The notes under the pieces: generated by a model
What the model was told of the DNA's origin: nothing
The model's input: the letters and a program-made list of their open reading frames with translations, nothing else
The model's database searches: none
Shown: piece by piece, positions 1 through 12,848 of the stretch
Position numbering within the stretch: position 1 is the stretch's first letter
How the letters are laid out: every line of letters starts with the position of its first letter
Translations under genes and position numbers: made by a program
Origin: Octopus vulgaris
Taxonomy: Eukaryota
NCBI GenBank assembly: GCA_951406725.2
Contig: OX597830.1
Coordinates: forward strand, 12,648,001-12,712,000
Length of the DNA stretch: 64,000 bases
Direction of reading: 5' to 3'

Positions 1-53
1 CCAATCTAAAACATGAAATGATAGCAGCAGAAACACCAGCAGTACCAGAAGCA

Positions 54-54
54 T

Positions 55-127
<73 letters not shown>
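54..127. repeat. (TAG)n microsatellite
   Basis: Direct tandem TAG run; explains the poly-Val ORF 18..239. Confidence 0.97.
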
Positions 128-984
128 TGAAGTGGTGGTGGGAATCGTCGTCGTTTTAGAAGCAGCAGCATCTCCCTCTCAACATGCAAACATTACCTTT
201 GTGTGTGGACCCCGCGTTTGTCTTGTAATGAGTCAGTAATTATTCTAACCTCCAACAAGTCCATATTTCGAAATAAAAAAAAATACAGTTCTATATTTAA
301 GATATAAATATCCGTCAATTGTAAATAATGTAAATAATGTAAAAAAAAAAAAAAACGTGACTGTTATATATCGCCGAGTAAATTTTTCCAAGATTATGAG
401 ACATAACAGTTTTCTTTTAGAGGAAATAGTTTTCACTGTGCATTATTTATGAGTCTGGTGTCACATCCGATTTCAGTGATTCATAATGATGCCTGAGGTA
501 TACACCATGGCAGGTCCCCCCAATCTACAAAAATACTAGACTATCACCCTACAGAAAAGCGGTCTCGAAGAATTGGGTAAATAGTCGATTCACTAGATAT
601 GGATGCTAGCTAAAGTGTTGAGATAACTACGATCACCTCATCCAAGAACGGGGTGGCGACATATAAACGTTATAACCATGTGAAAAGACACATCTCAGAC
701 CCTTGCAGATCAAATGGACCGTTTTATAGCGGCAGAACGAACTCTATAGAAACCAGAAGCTAGAGTGAAGGGCAGAAGCAAAAGTGTATCAGAACATCTA
801 AAAGTCTGGTCGACAGTGTTATATAATTATTTATGATTAATGAGTATAAGTGGGTTTCCATTATATTTATAGCGAATGTATCAAAGATATGAATGCTTTA
901 AATAATCAGTGGATGACACCTGACACTCACACACAACAACAACAACAACAACAACACGAAAAATAGTAAGATCGATACTGATAG

Positions 985-1170
985 TATTTAGTGTGATCTT
1001 CAATAGGTTGACGTTTACTTGGACAAACACGGCTTGACAGAGACTTGCAGTGAACTGCATCTCTGGAAATGGATGATTAGGCAAACAGTATGGAAATGTG
1101 ATATGTAATAAGGAGAGATGGGGCAGGCGCAGTAAGTGGAATGGTTGAAGATGGGAAACAAGTTGCTAAA
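985..1170 (-). pseudogene. Possible decayed PIF1-type (Helitron RepHel) helicase C-terminal remnant
   Basis: Minus-strand NHPFPEMQFTASLCQAV loosely resembles the PF.F.R.QFP.SLCFAM motif of PIF1/Helitron helicases; weak and short. Confidence 0.3.
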
Positions 1171-1544
1171 CCCAAAGAAGTAAACTATATAATTGTAGTG
1201 GCAGATAAATGGAAAAGAGTTGGGGTGGAGACAATTCGTCTGCGAGTCAGTAGTTGAAGTGTACTGGTGAGTGACTCTTTGACAATCACCTTTATGGCTT
1301 TTTTGTATGAAGACTTACGACACATTACGTAAGCAATGAGCCAACAAATTTGAATTAATTAAAAGTAAATGTAAATTGGGAAGAAGCAACTCTTTTGCTC
1401 AACAAAATCAATTATTAATGTAAATCAATATATGAAGTGGAGACAAGTTTAAAATTTAAATTTAATGAAACCGATTTTTGTGATGCAATGGGGGAATGGG
1501 CCTCGTCATAAAAGCAATGATTTGCTAAGAAAGTATAATAATGA

Positions 1545-1690
1545 TTTCAAATTTTGGCACAAGGCCAGCAATTTGGGTGATAGGGGTAAATTATTTACAT
1601 CGATCCAGTGTTCAACTGGTACTTATCTTATTGTCTCCGAAAGGATGAGAGGAAAAGTCAACCTCGGCAAAATTTGAACTCGGAACAAAT
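1545..1690 (-). mobile_element. SINE family A (tRNA-derived, Meta/MESC-like central domain), partial
   Basis: Matches other copies in the window (aaggatgaaaggcaaagtcgacctcggcggaatttgaactc). Confidence 0.85.
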
Positions 1691-3047
1691 GAAGTTGTCA
1701 TCGTGTTTGTCATCAAATTCACTCGCTCCTACACACCCACATTCAATTATCACTAATTAAATTTGGTCACAATTAAATACTGAGCTAATGATTGTTTTCT
1801 CCTTACTAAACGTTTGCTCTTCAAACAGAAAGCATTCCAGGGTAATTTCCAACAGTCATTGTTCTTTCATATGTATCTATGTCCCAGCTACCTAATTAGT
1901 GCTCTAATATGGGTCAAATTTGAGTAGGTTAACGTAGGTAATGCATTTGGGGGGAGATTTAATTATGGCAGTAATTTTTATGTGTAATCACCACAAGAAT
2001 TGACCAACGCGTTTGTAGCGACTTTAAGTTCATGCAGTGACCTATAACATTAACGTCTAACGATATGCTTTTATGCGTAAGATTGATAAGTCTCTATTCG
2101 AGTGTTTATTTTAGGTTTCTGTTTCTTGAAGTAACACAAATGTGACATGTCTTGCATGCTCTGCAGAGGACGCATATGAAATGTTGGTATTATCTTCATT
2201 TGCCTTTGTGTCAATATAACCAGTTTCTCTATCGTTAAAACACAGAAGAATAAGGGTAGTAGAAACAGTTGAATCTAGGAGTATGCCAAAGCTGAGAGAG
2301 TGAGGGACTGAAAGACTCAGTAGTGTATGTTGATGAAGAAAGTTCTTAAACAAAGAGATGGGGGGGTGCATACAACATAGGTGGGGTACTTAGCAATGAA
2401 TATATTCCAAAGATTTGAAGAGAAAGGAAGAATTATGCATACCGCTGGTTAACGATATGTTAGCTAAATGAAAACCGTGCTTGCGATCACTCTTAGATCA
2501 CTCTTAGATCGCAAGGTGATCATAGTAAAAGGATATTTTCAAGACCTTGTGTATAAATGTGGTGGCATCTGACATGAGGTAGTTAGGTTACGGTTGAGTA
2601 AAGTCTGTATAGGGTAAATATCTAACTCGTGTTTGATGTAAATATTGAAGATATGGAGACGTGTATATATAACTAGGTATTCATTTGTATTATACCACAA
2701 CATTCGTCATATTTATTGGCTGCAAAGCACTTCATAAACACTGTGTTGTGTCAGGCTTCATATTTATGATATTCAATTTCAACTGCTATTTTCATATTTC
2801 TTTTCAACTCGAACATAAATTCTATTGATGATGATTTTTTTTTCATCTTCAAAGCATCCATGTAAATGAGACCGTTCAATAAAAATAGTTCACGCGATAT
2901 TGTGCAAGCATTTATATGTATATTTGTATTAGAGAATTTGAATATCAAATGAATATTTCAGTAACGAAGCTATTATAACTTCTTCAAGCAAATAATTACA
3001 TATGCAAAACATAATATATTTTATTGGTGAATTAGCTAAGCTATAGT

Positions 3048-3048
3048 G

Positions 3049-3112
<64 letters not shown>

Positions 3113-3115
3113 TAA
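3048..3115. repeat. (TAA)n microsatellite
   Basis: Direct tandem run. Confidence 0.97.
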
Positions 3116-3119
3116 CACC

Positions 3120-3375
3120 TGACAACTCTGAAGGTAAAGAATAAACATCAAATGCTGTAAAGCAACTAAAATCTAGGCTGAAACTGGAACTACAAAATAG
3201 CGCGATAAAACGATGGCCAGAGAAGTCCTTCCATGGTAAATACTGGAATAAGCTAAACAGAGAAGAAACAAAATAAAATTTCGACATTAGTTGAGAAGCA
3301 TGGGTCTCAAAGCAGAGACTAAAGAGTCTTTAACTGCAGCAAAAGATCAAAGCCGCCACACCAAAAACTACTAAC
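3120..3375 (+). mobile_element. R4/Dong-clade non-LTR retrotransposon fragment
   Basis: Translates (with stop/frameshift) to KRWPEKSFHGKYW...LRSMGLKAETKESLTAAKDQSRHTKNY, matching the W..K.LHG / L..ETEG.L.AAQDQ...T.NY motif of R4/Dong RTs; abuts (TAA)n. Confidence 0.75.
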
Positions 3376-3565
3376 TTACTAGTAGTAATTCAGCAATGAA
3401 TAAAATGTATTTGTAGCACCAGATAAAATGTGTATAATGCATACAATGGCAGAGGTGGGAAAGCGTTGTTTACTTTTCATACATCTGCGTGTGCAAACAT
3501 GCATGATGCATTTAGAAATATTTAAATATCTATTCGTGTGTACTTCTGTATGTGCATATATGTGC

Positions 3566-3596
<31 letters not shown>

Positions 3597-3639
3597 CATA
3601 TATGTGCATATATATGTGTGTGTGTGTGTGAAAAACATA

Positions 3640-3917
3640 CAGGCATCCACTGCGTTTTGGCTATCTCAGGTTACAGTATTTCGCGCTTACGACAACTGTA
3701 AAATATTACCATTAATTTCGGAGTACGGTATGTAATTTCGCGCTTAAGGAAACTCGTACTGAGTATTTTTAAAAAGTTAACAACTTAAACGACACTTTCT
3801 TCTTAATTCAGTAGCCACTTGTGTTCTATTTAAGATCCAAGTACTGTATATAGTCAACGAGTTAACTATCACGATATACATATACACACATGTATATGTA
3901 ATGTACATAATGTGAGC

Positions 3918-3960
<43 letters not shown>

Positions 3961-5722
3961 TGTATGTATACATGTGTGTGTGTACGTATGTATATATATG
4001 TATATCTATCTATTTATCTATCTATCTAGATATAACATTGGTAAAACAGAGCATGAAGAAGATAAATATATGCACTCAAATAAAAACACATAATATGGAA
4101 TTAAGGTGTATTGTAAAAATCGAATGAATATCTTTGATCTAAGGATTAGCTTCAGACTAAACAACCTCAACAATAAAATTGGCAAAAATAGTTTCAAATT
4201 TTGGCACTAAGCCAGCAAGTTTGGAGTTGGGGTAAGTCGATTACATCAACCCTAGTGATTAACTGGTACTTATTCTATCGATCCTGAAAGGATGAAAGGT
4301 AAAGTCGACCTCGGCGGAATTTGAATTCAGAACGTATAGCCGGACAAATTGCTGCTAAGCATTTTACCAGGAGAGCTAACGGTTTTGTCGGCTCGCCGCC
4401 TTCATACAGTTAACGAGAATAATATGAACAATACACCACCAACAATACTTGCCCACCATCACTAACATCTAAACCAATGCAACTCACATCATCAACATTA
4501 TCGACTCGAATCACGATTATCAATCCTCATCATTATCACTATCGACCCACTAACGTTTGAATCCAACTGACTACAACAGATATCAGCATGTACGCCAACA
4601 CATATGTATGCATGAATCTGTGTTGGGCATGAGTGTTGTGTATGAGTGCATATGTATGTGTCTCTCTGTCTTAAGTTAGAAGTGTAAGGAGCGAATTGCC
4701 TATAAAAGCTGGTGACACTTCAACTAACTGTAATCGTATAGTACTCTCTCTACCTCAGTCTGTCACCTCTTAATCTCATTTTCATTATTAAACCCACAGG
4801 AATAAGATAATTTTCTACTCTCACAAAGTAAAGCTTTCCTGGGCCGCCATTTTTATTTCATATTTGTTGTGGATAATTAATCGACACTAATCTTGGTTTT
4901 ACTTTCAATTTAAGGTTTCTAGAAAGAATCTATCAAGTAGACCTGAAGGCAGCAGTGCGAAAACGAATGGTAAATGGTTTACGCTGGATATTAAGCTTGA
5001 TGTTTTAAAAAGACTTGATGCATAAGTAAAACTAGGTTTGCCAAAACAATAAATCTTGCAACGTTTACATTAGGAACAATACGTGACAACAATGAGAAAA
5101 TTATGTCAAGTGCTCAAGCAGCTACTCCATTGACTGTCCGCACCTTATTTTTCCATAGATCTAATGTAATGCTTAAAATGGAACGACTCTTGAGGGAATG
5201 GATCGCGGAGCAGAGTTGGCGTAATTCGCTGATAAGCACGATGGTAAAAACAAAGCTAAAAGTTTAAACGGCGATTTGCAGAAAAAGAAAGGTGAAACTT
5301 CCAATGAGAAAACCTTTTTGGCTAGAAAGAAAAAAGCTTCTCTGAAAGGTTTTAGAAGCACAACATAAAAATGAGTGGTGAGACTGCGAGTACTGATACA
5401 GAAGTTGCTGCTAATTATCCTGAGCAGTTGAAGAAAATTATTGCTGAAGGAGGTTACACACCAGAGCAAGTATACAATGTTGATTAAACTGCACTGTTTC
5501 TGGAGACGCATGCCTGAAAGAAATTTTATTTCTTGAGAAGAAAAATCGGAACTCGGATTTAAAGCTTCCAAAGATCGTCTGATACATCTTTCGGAAAAAG
5601 TTCGAGATGACGCAATCTCAATTGATAATATGGAAATCAAAATGAAAATTAATTTCGCATTACAGTATTTCGCGTTACGGCCAGATTTTCAGGAACGCCT
5701 TACTTCCGTAAAGTGAAAGATT

Positions 5723-5726
<4 letters not shown>
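3640..5726 (+). mobile_element. Tigger/pogo-type DNA transposon, decayed and internally deleted, with nested SINE and microsatellites
   Basis: TA|CAGGCATCC left end and AGATTCCTG|TG right end (imperfect TIR). Broken transposase at ~4940-5590: FTLDIKLDVLKRLD, MERLLREWI, HNIKMSGETAS, YPEQLKKIIAEGGYTPEQVYNVD*TALFW, GFKASKDRL (TIGD1-like). Confidence 0.85.
4190..4402 (-). mobile_element. SINE family A, near full length
   Basis: Full match to window consensus, including the tRNA-like head (ggcggcgagc...) on the minus strand. Confidence 0.88.
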
Positions 5727-5771
<45 letters not shown>

Positions 5772-5777
5772 ATGTCA

Positions 5778-5855
5778 GGTCGCTCTTGGGCGCTACTGGT
5801 AACATGTAACCCAGTACAACCTGCTGCATGGTCGGGTCATCGGCGACTAAACTGG
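5778..5855 (+). ncRNA. HDV-like self-cleaving ribozyme fold (degenerate), probably from an RTE-type 5' end
   Basis: P2 CCAGT(5811-15)/ACTGG(5851-55); P3 ACA/TGC around loop ACCTGC; P1' ATGGTC vs GGTCGC; P1.1 CC/GG; P4 GTC-ATC-GGC; J4/2 GA-C-TAA. Confidence 0.5.
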
Positions 5856-6764
5856 CAATCCCATCAACCTTGCTTGGTGAAGAGGGTGATTGTTGGACAC
5901 CTTCAGGATAAGATCTGCCAAAGGGCTGGAGAGCACATGAGCAGTAAACGGCCATCTAGTAATATGTGTACATGTGTATGTATGTAAGTATGTATGCGCG
6001 GGTTCATGGAAATAGCTAGGTTGGTTTCCAGGTGCGCGGTTGGCCCACTGGAAGTTGGAGGCCCCTCTGTTGCTGTCACAATATCTCTCTAGGAGAAGGA
6101 AACTCTGAAAGAAAACTTGCCACACTGTCAATATTCGATGATGTAAGCTAGTTCTTTTCGAGTTTATGTTGTCCCTGTTCAGAGAGTGGGATTGGATTTG
6201 TACAAATTCTTTCGCCGCTATGAAAACTCATCATGCACAGGTATCGCTTGAAAAAAGTAAGACCTATAACTAAAATGGTTGATCATAGCCTTCACATGTG
6301 TGGGACTTTCGATCAAGCGATAACAATATGCAAACATGGGTTTGTGGCCATTATATGTATGTATATATTGCTGTGCATAATGTTATTTACAATGTTGTGC
6401 AAAATGATGGTCCTCTTATGTCATACGTCCAACATGTGGTGTTAAGACATTGTAAGCCTCTGAAGAATATTATGCGGAGTATAATGATGCATATATAGTG
6501 TCTATACACATCCGTGGTGATGAGTGGCAAAGGACATAATGGAATGTGTACTGGGATGTCTGCTTGTATTTCAATGCAATTTTTGTGCATATTGACACCT
6601 ATATCAGTTTCATAGTTTGTTACTCCTACTATCAACTAAGAAGTGTTTGGATGGAGAGAATACACGTTGCCTGGAGAGTGCTACCACTGGATGGTCACTG
6701 GAAGGCTATGACGTTAATGCAACCTGGCATATACATATAAATATATAGGGAGAGTTTACGAAAA

Positions 6765-6925
6765 AAAAACAAAAGACGAAGACAGGTGGTGTACAAAACA
6801 AACAGATGTATTAGTATAACGCTCAAGAATAGAAAAAGTCTTTTACGTTTCGAGCCTACGCTCTTCTACAGAAAGGGACACGGAAAAAACAAGGAGAGAA
6901 AAATGTGTGTAGTGGCTAACGATCT

Positions 6926-6930
<5 letters not shown>
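6765..6930 (-). mobile_element. Short (TA)n-embedded element family D with hammerhead-like motif (Penelope-pLTR-like)
   Basis: Near-identical copies at 53785-53970 and 63540-63705, related copies at 38610-38780 and 33380-33545; minus strand carries CTGTAGA-A-GAGC-GTAG-GCTC-GAAACGTA. Confidence 0.75.
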
Positions 6931-6957
<27 letters not shown>

Positions 6958-6959
<2 letters not shown>

Positions 6960-7173
6960 TTTCCAGTTCTGGCAGAAGGCTAGGAATTTTGGGAGAGGGC
7001 GTAAGTTGATTACATCTTCCTCAATAATCAGCTGGTACTTATTTTGTTGACCCTGAAAGGGATGAAAGGCAAAGTCGACCTCGGGTGGAATTTGAACTCA
7101 GAACGTTAAGACGGACGAAATACTGCTAAGTATTTTGCCCGACGTACTAACGATTCTGCCTACGCGCCGCCTT
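6958..7173 (-). mobile_element. SINE family A
   Basis: Matches window consensus. Confidence 0.88.
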
Positions 7174-7859
7174 ACCCACCCGGTATATATATATATATAT
7201 GTACTCCTAATGTAATGCTAATGGTGCATGGTGAGGTGTGTCTGCAAGAGAGGCGTTTGCATGGCAGAACCCAGTTCATCAAATCGTAAGTACTAATATT
7301 TAACTTATATGCTTCACAAAATGTATTCTTTCAATCAAGCGCTGATGTACTATTTAGAAACAGTTTGGGTATTTGGAGTCAATACAAAATTACGGTTGGT
7401 GAGGTTGAAAAGCTGATACGTACAGTGGTGACATTCTGTAGTCCATGTCAAAATATAAACAAGAGGTTATGCTTTGCCACGACAGTCCATCATTAGCGAT
7501 ATAAAATTGGGTTCATGTAATATTATTGAGCGGGTATATTATATGGTATATGCGTAGTATTTATAGGCTTCTTATAGGCTTCTTATGAGAAACGTGTGTA
7601 TTGTAGTTGCAGAGTAGTATTTCCATGGTTAATTCAGTAGTGAAACAGGTATATTAAAGTGATTTTATTGTTACATTGTTGTTCATTGATGTTAGCGAGG
7701 GTGTAGGTAGTTTAGGAATTAGAGATGTGTAGGTTGTGGGGGGGGGGGTAAACTTTGAGTACTTATAATAAAGATGGAGATCAAGAGTGATATTGGTTGT
7801 AAATATATGTAGGCTGAGGAAAACCGGACCAGCTAGGGTGGATTTGTGGCGCATTTAAC

Positions 7860-8170
7860 ATGGGAATATACTTAAAATACTCTGCGATCTTTTAGGCGCC
7901 ATACTAGTTTCGATAATAACGCTGCGTTACATATCTTTCTGTCTATGAATAACGCATTGTGTTCTGCATATCTTTCTTTCAGGGTGTTCTCTGTCAGCCC
8001 GATATAGGTCCTTGTTTTGCTTCCTACAGTGGGTGTACGCATTAATTATCTGACGTTATACAGCTTCTGTGCGTTGTGACTGAAAATTTGCGAGCGTATA
8101 TTTGGAAGGCAACTACAACTAATTTTAACAGTTTCACTGGCAAATTTTGTTTAGCTTACTTAGAATATGA
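7860..8170 (-). mobile_element. Penelope-like element remnant (GIY-YIG endonuclease region)
   Basis: Minus strand gives TVKISCSCLPNIRSQIFSHN and RTYIGLTENTLKERYAEHNALF...LSKLVWRLK, typical of the PLE linker and GIY-YIG domain. Confidence 0.75.
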
Positions 8171-8869
8171 AGATCTACTAAATCAACAATTACTGCCTCG
8201 TCGTAGCTCCTGCCTCCATGATGACGTCAAAGGGTTCATCAGTGTTCTTTTGAACATCATACGAAATCCGGGTTGTTGCAATGAAGCAACATCTACAGCT
8301 GAGAAAATTGTTCAACTAATATCTCACTCAAGTTTACAAGTGAGATGGTAGCTTTCAAACACCACTTACTATCTTTAAAATAGAGTAATTGTAGAAACTA
8401 ATTCTGAAAAGGTGAGAAGGCCATAGCTTCAGAGACTGTGTGTGCTAAACAACACTTAGCTCAATAATTTAAATCATTCGTTATCACTCTACTTTCCATG
8501 CCAAACATAAGAGCTCATCTACACCGGGTTGTTAAATTCTCCAGCAGAATATCCAAGCTTCAATCAAAGCTAAACAAACGAAAATATATTTCATAGGAAG
8601 ATTATATTAGAATAGTTACTTCCCCAACGCATAATCATTCGTCAGATACAGTTACATATGTACACTAAGAACATAATATAACCCGTCTATATTTCTTGCT
8701 CCAAGCAAATTGTTGAATATAGCGCCAATCAAACCCACTTCATACCCTCTTACAAGTGACTGCAAAGAAGTCAAATACAGTCGGACATCATAAGCGAACG
8801 AGATACTCAAAAATGTTTGAAATTTCCAAAGTGGTCTCTGAAATATTGATTTCAAAGTTTCACACAGAG

Positions 8870-9030
8870 CCTGCAATTTCTGGGCAGGATTAAGTCGATT
8901 ATATCGTCTCCAGTACTCAGCTGGTACTTATTTTATCGATACCGAATTGATGAGATACAAAGTAGACCTCGGCGGAATTTGAACTCAGAGCTTGAATATG
9001 GATGAAATGCCGTAAGGCTCGTCGCCTTAC
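8870..9030 (-). mobile_element. SINE family A, partly deleted
   Basis: Matches window consensus. Confidence 0.82.
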
Positions 9031-9124
9031 ATGGTTTCTGAAATATCAACTGCACACATAGAATGGATTCATACATAGTTGTGTGACCAAACATTTAGCC
9101 ATGCAAACGCATATACACATACAT

Positions 9125-9626
9125 CGAGGGTACCCAAAAGAAACCAGTATTTTGCAATATTATTTCATTCACTTACTTTTAGGTGTTTGCACTTTTATCT
9201 CCTTCAAAGTATTCTTCATTCGAAGCAATGCATCGGAAGGTCGACGGTCGCCCTGAACGAGGTTGGTCTTCAAGCAACAAGTAACCAATCCTAAAGCGTG
9301 AAAACCACCCATAAACTTGTGTTTTGCTCATGGCAGCCTCCTTGTAAGTTGTTTGAAGCATGACAACTGTTTCAGCCGCCATTTTCCCCAGTAGAAAACA
9401 ATTTCACGGAAGAACGCTGTTCCTTTCAGCCATGGCAAAAATCGATGAACAAGGGAGGACCACTACAAAACAAAGACGCACTACGTGGCAGTGCGACTTC
9501 ACTCGACGACGCCTTTTGACAGGCTGATGCCTGAGGGTTACATCAAGTGGCTTCTAGCGGCGGAAGCATGAACTACAACGAGGTTGTCCCACAGGGAACG
9601 TTTCGATTACTTTTGGGTACCCATCG
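9125..9626 (-). mobile_element. Internally deleted non-autonomous mariner
   Basis: TIRs CGAGGGTACCCAAAAG / CTTTTGGGTACCCATCG|TA. ORF 9179..9382 fuses the mariner N-terminal HTH (VYGWFSRF...EDQPRSGRPST) directly to the C-terminus (RCIASNEEYFEGD). Confidence 0.88.
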
Positions 9627-10055
9627 TATACCACATACAAACGCACCCGTATATACTCATGAAATACAGACATATTTATACACTTACACATACATCTACA
9701 AGCAATCTATGGGCGAAAACTAAGGACATTAGAAATGATATCGAACACTGTATTGCTTTCACTTTTGTTGAGCAGGAAAGGGTGAGTAGTAAACACGGAG
9801 ATAAAATGAAATGAGAAGTGGTAAGAAGGGGTCAGCATGGATTTGCTGACCCCTCACGAACACAGAGCCATTGGGGTCATGTGTTCTTGAGTGACATCCA
9901 CCTGTTATGGCTGCAGAGACTAATGTGATGAAATTAACATTGCAAGACATAAGGCTCAACTTGTGGCAGTGAGAACCACAACAGAGCTTTCTGCCAGGAA
10001 TCGAAGATATCGATTATGTTTTACAAGATTTAATTACAAGGTATCTCACCCTCTT

Positions 10056-10106
<51 letters not shown>

Positions 10107-12403
10107 TCACCGACAAAAATGGCCATGAATATTTCATACTACTAAAAAGAAAACCGAAAATGTTGAAAATAATACATTTTACCGGACATGAAACAAACAA
10201 TTATAACACAAAATATTAATAACATGAACGAACATGAATAAGAAAACGTGTAGGAATCATGCTGTTAACACCATCAATAGGCATGCACGCATCGCATCGA
10301 GTGTAAATATGAGCTGCGATAAATTTGCCTTTTCCTAAAGTTTTATCCAACTGGAAAACTCTCGATATGAAGGATTTTCCCGAGAAATCAAGCAGTAGCA
10401 AAATATTATACATCAGAATAAAACCAACCTTCCACAAATAATTGCAGAGGCCCTTGAGAAGAGAAAAATAATATAGCTATGCCTTGTGCAAAACGTAGTT
10501 GGTTTCTCATTTTATCCAAACTCGAAAAGGAAGAGGAAGACGGATGTGCTCTGTTTAACATTATAAGGAATGATGGAAAGAAATTGTGAATCAACAATTG
10601 AAACTGTACCGTCTTCATTTCTAGAAGCAAGCAATGAGATCCAAAATTCTTTGGCCACCCACAACCTGTGTCGTCAAGGAAAGCCAACCACAGCAATAAA
10701 ATCTAACTCCGAAATGACCAGGAAGCACCACATCATAGTAGCACCAACCCATCTACCTATGGAGATGAGAATTAAACAGAGGCTGATCCATCGAATAAGC
10801 AGAATGAGACGCGACAGAAAGAAATAAAAGAGAAAAGCTAAGAGAAATGTGAGAAAGGAACACTCACCGCTGAGGAACGTGAAACTATTCTCCCAAGCTG
10901 AACTAAATAAAATACATAGCCTCTCTCAAGAAAAATAAAGTTCCAACGAAACACTTGTACGAAATACATAAGGAATATTCAACCAAAGTGTAAATCAAGT
11001 AGGAAACGTGATCGTATTTTAAACAGCATAGCCATTATGCTGTTCGTGTAGGAAAGAGCTGAGGTTTGGCAACAGGTAGAGCATCCGGCCGTAGAAAAGC
11101 TAACGACTACTAATAGTAATGTGTTGGTACCGTTAATTTTTTTCTTTGGTAATCATAGCAATCTTTTGCTGCTTTGTTTCGCTTTCTTTTTTGTTTTAAA
11201 CCTTAGCTCTGTTCATTGTTCTCAAATTGATTCAATAGCCACCGGTTTTTGTGTCAGTTTTTCGGTGATTTCTCGCTGGTTTTCATCTAGGCAATTCTCT
11301 TCAAATATCCTTTCATTTTGTGCGCTGCTTTTTTGCCCTTGTTTCAACTACGAGCATTGCATTATCTTGACTGGCTTTTGATTTTGTTCTAACCTCATTC
11401 ATACCGTTTTTGTTTAGATTAAATCTGACGTCAAGCTATCAAGATAGCGATTTTTAAGGCTATACTGCTAATGTCCCCTTTTTTTGTTCGAGATATCATC
11501 TCTATGAAGTTTTCAAAACCTTATTTTTAAAAAAAGTCATCCACCGCTTAAGACAGGTTTGAACTCACGTAGTCAGTAATTTCATTGAAAACCCTTGCTA
11601 TACAGGTTATCGACAAAGCTTAGTCTGCCTTTCCATATGTGAGATAGCTTATAACATGCTGATTGCAAATCAGTACGTTACCCTTCGCAAATCATATTCT
11701 TTTTTTCAACCATGACTCGGTTCTACTGTTAATGAATATCCGCCATAGTGTTGTGAATATGACAATGGTTTGGTATGCACATTGTTATATATAAGCCAGC
11801 ATAGGTTCTGTTTGGTGGCTTTGATCTTTGTGAGTCCTTTCGCCCTTTGACAGATTTTGTTTTTCATCCTACAACGTGTCCTAATTTAGAAAACCTGCAA
11901 AATGATTTTCCCCATCAAGTACTTTCGATGGGGTTGACGGTTTGTTGGGTTTCGACTCGGCTCATTTTCTTTCCTCTCCTCAGTGAATCGGTACCGAAAA
12001 CTCATGATTAATATTATTATATTAGAGAAATAGAAAAGTTATTTAATGTATGGGACGGTTAATTAAATGCTGGAGGCAACTACTTCGTTTCGGTGTTAAG
12101 AAAACTCATTTTATTGGCGTTGGTAGAATTAATGATATTCAACATGGTGGGAGTTATTCCATTCACCTCGAATTAAGAGGTAACTTTCCGAAATAATTGA
12201 GTTAGCTTCGATAAACATACAAATATTGATATATGCCCATTTATAGTGATTCGGTATAGAACCGAGACTTGAGGGCAAAATAGATATCTCCACATAAAAG
12301 ACATTACAGCGTATATATATACGTGACTCATAAAGTTACGGGTATTGGAACTGGGGCATCTAGGAGCATTTTCGAAGTGAGGTTTCACTATAATAGAAGT
12401 TTT

Positions 12404-12848
12404 GGATCTTTTCGGTTTGAACGGCAATTTTTTCTAGCGGTGTCATATGACCCTGGTATCGATCTATTGCATTTCAATCTCTTTTAGGGTTAGGTCTAGT
12501 TAGGGTTAGTTAGGGTTAATTAGGGTTAGTTAGGGTTAGGGTTAGGGTTAGGGGTGGGGGAAGGGTATCTTTTTTTCTTCACAAATGTAAATAAACCCAA
12601 TCTGTTTCTTAAACGAGGGACATATTCATACGGCATAGAATGCTTTTTAACTCAATAGACGTCAGTGATTGGTTGAAATTGCAGAAATTGAAGAAAAAAC
12701 AACAAATATCTTACAAACAATAGAATTTTCTCAATAAAGCCAAGAGAAAAAGATGTTTTATAAACACATTCTACCAGTATACAAAGTTTAAAATTTTTTA
12801 GTTACCTAGAAATTATGTTAAAAACTGGCATTCAAACCGAAAAGATCC
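12404..12848. mobile_element. MITE with GGATC-ended TIRs, 8-bp TSD and internal TTAGGG repeats (Merlin-like termini)
   Basis: TIR GGATCTTTTCGGTTTGAA / TTCAAACCGAAAAGATCC; perfect TSD GAAGTTTT at 12396-12403 and 12849-12856; second copy at 20137-20556. Confidence 0.9.

Noticed and set aside
10450-12000. Possible further Penelope RT remnants (also 1700-2700, 29760-30250, 59020-59700)
   Set aside because: The composition is suggestive, but no convincing motif could be read.
12484-12552. Telomere or chromosome-fusion scar
   Set aside because: The TTAGGG units lie inside a TIR/TSD-bounded MITE.
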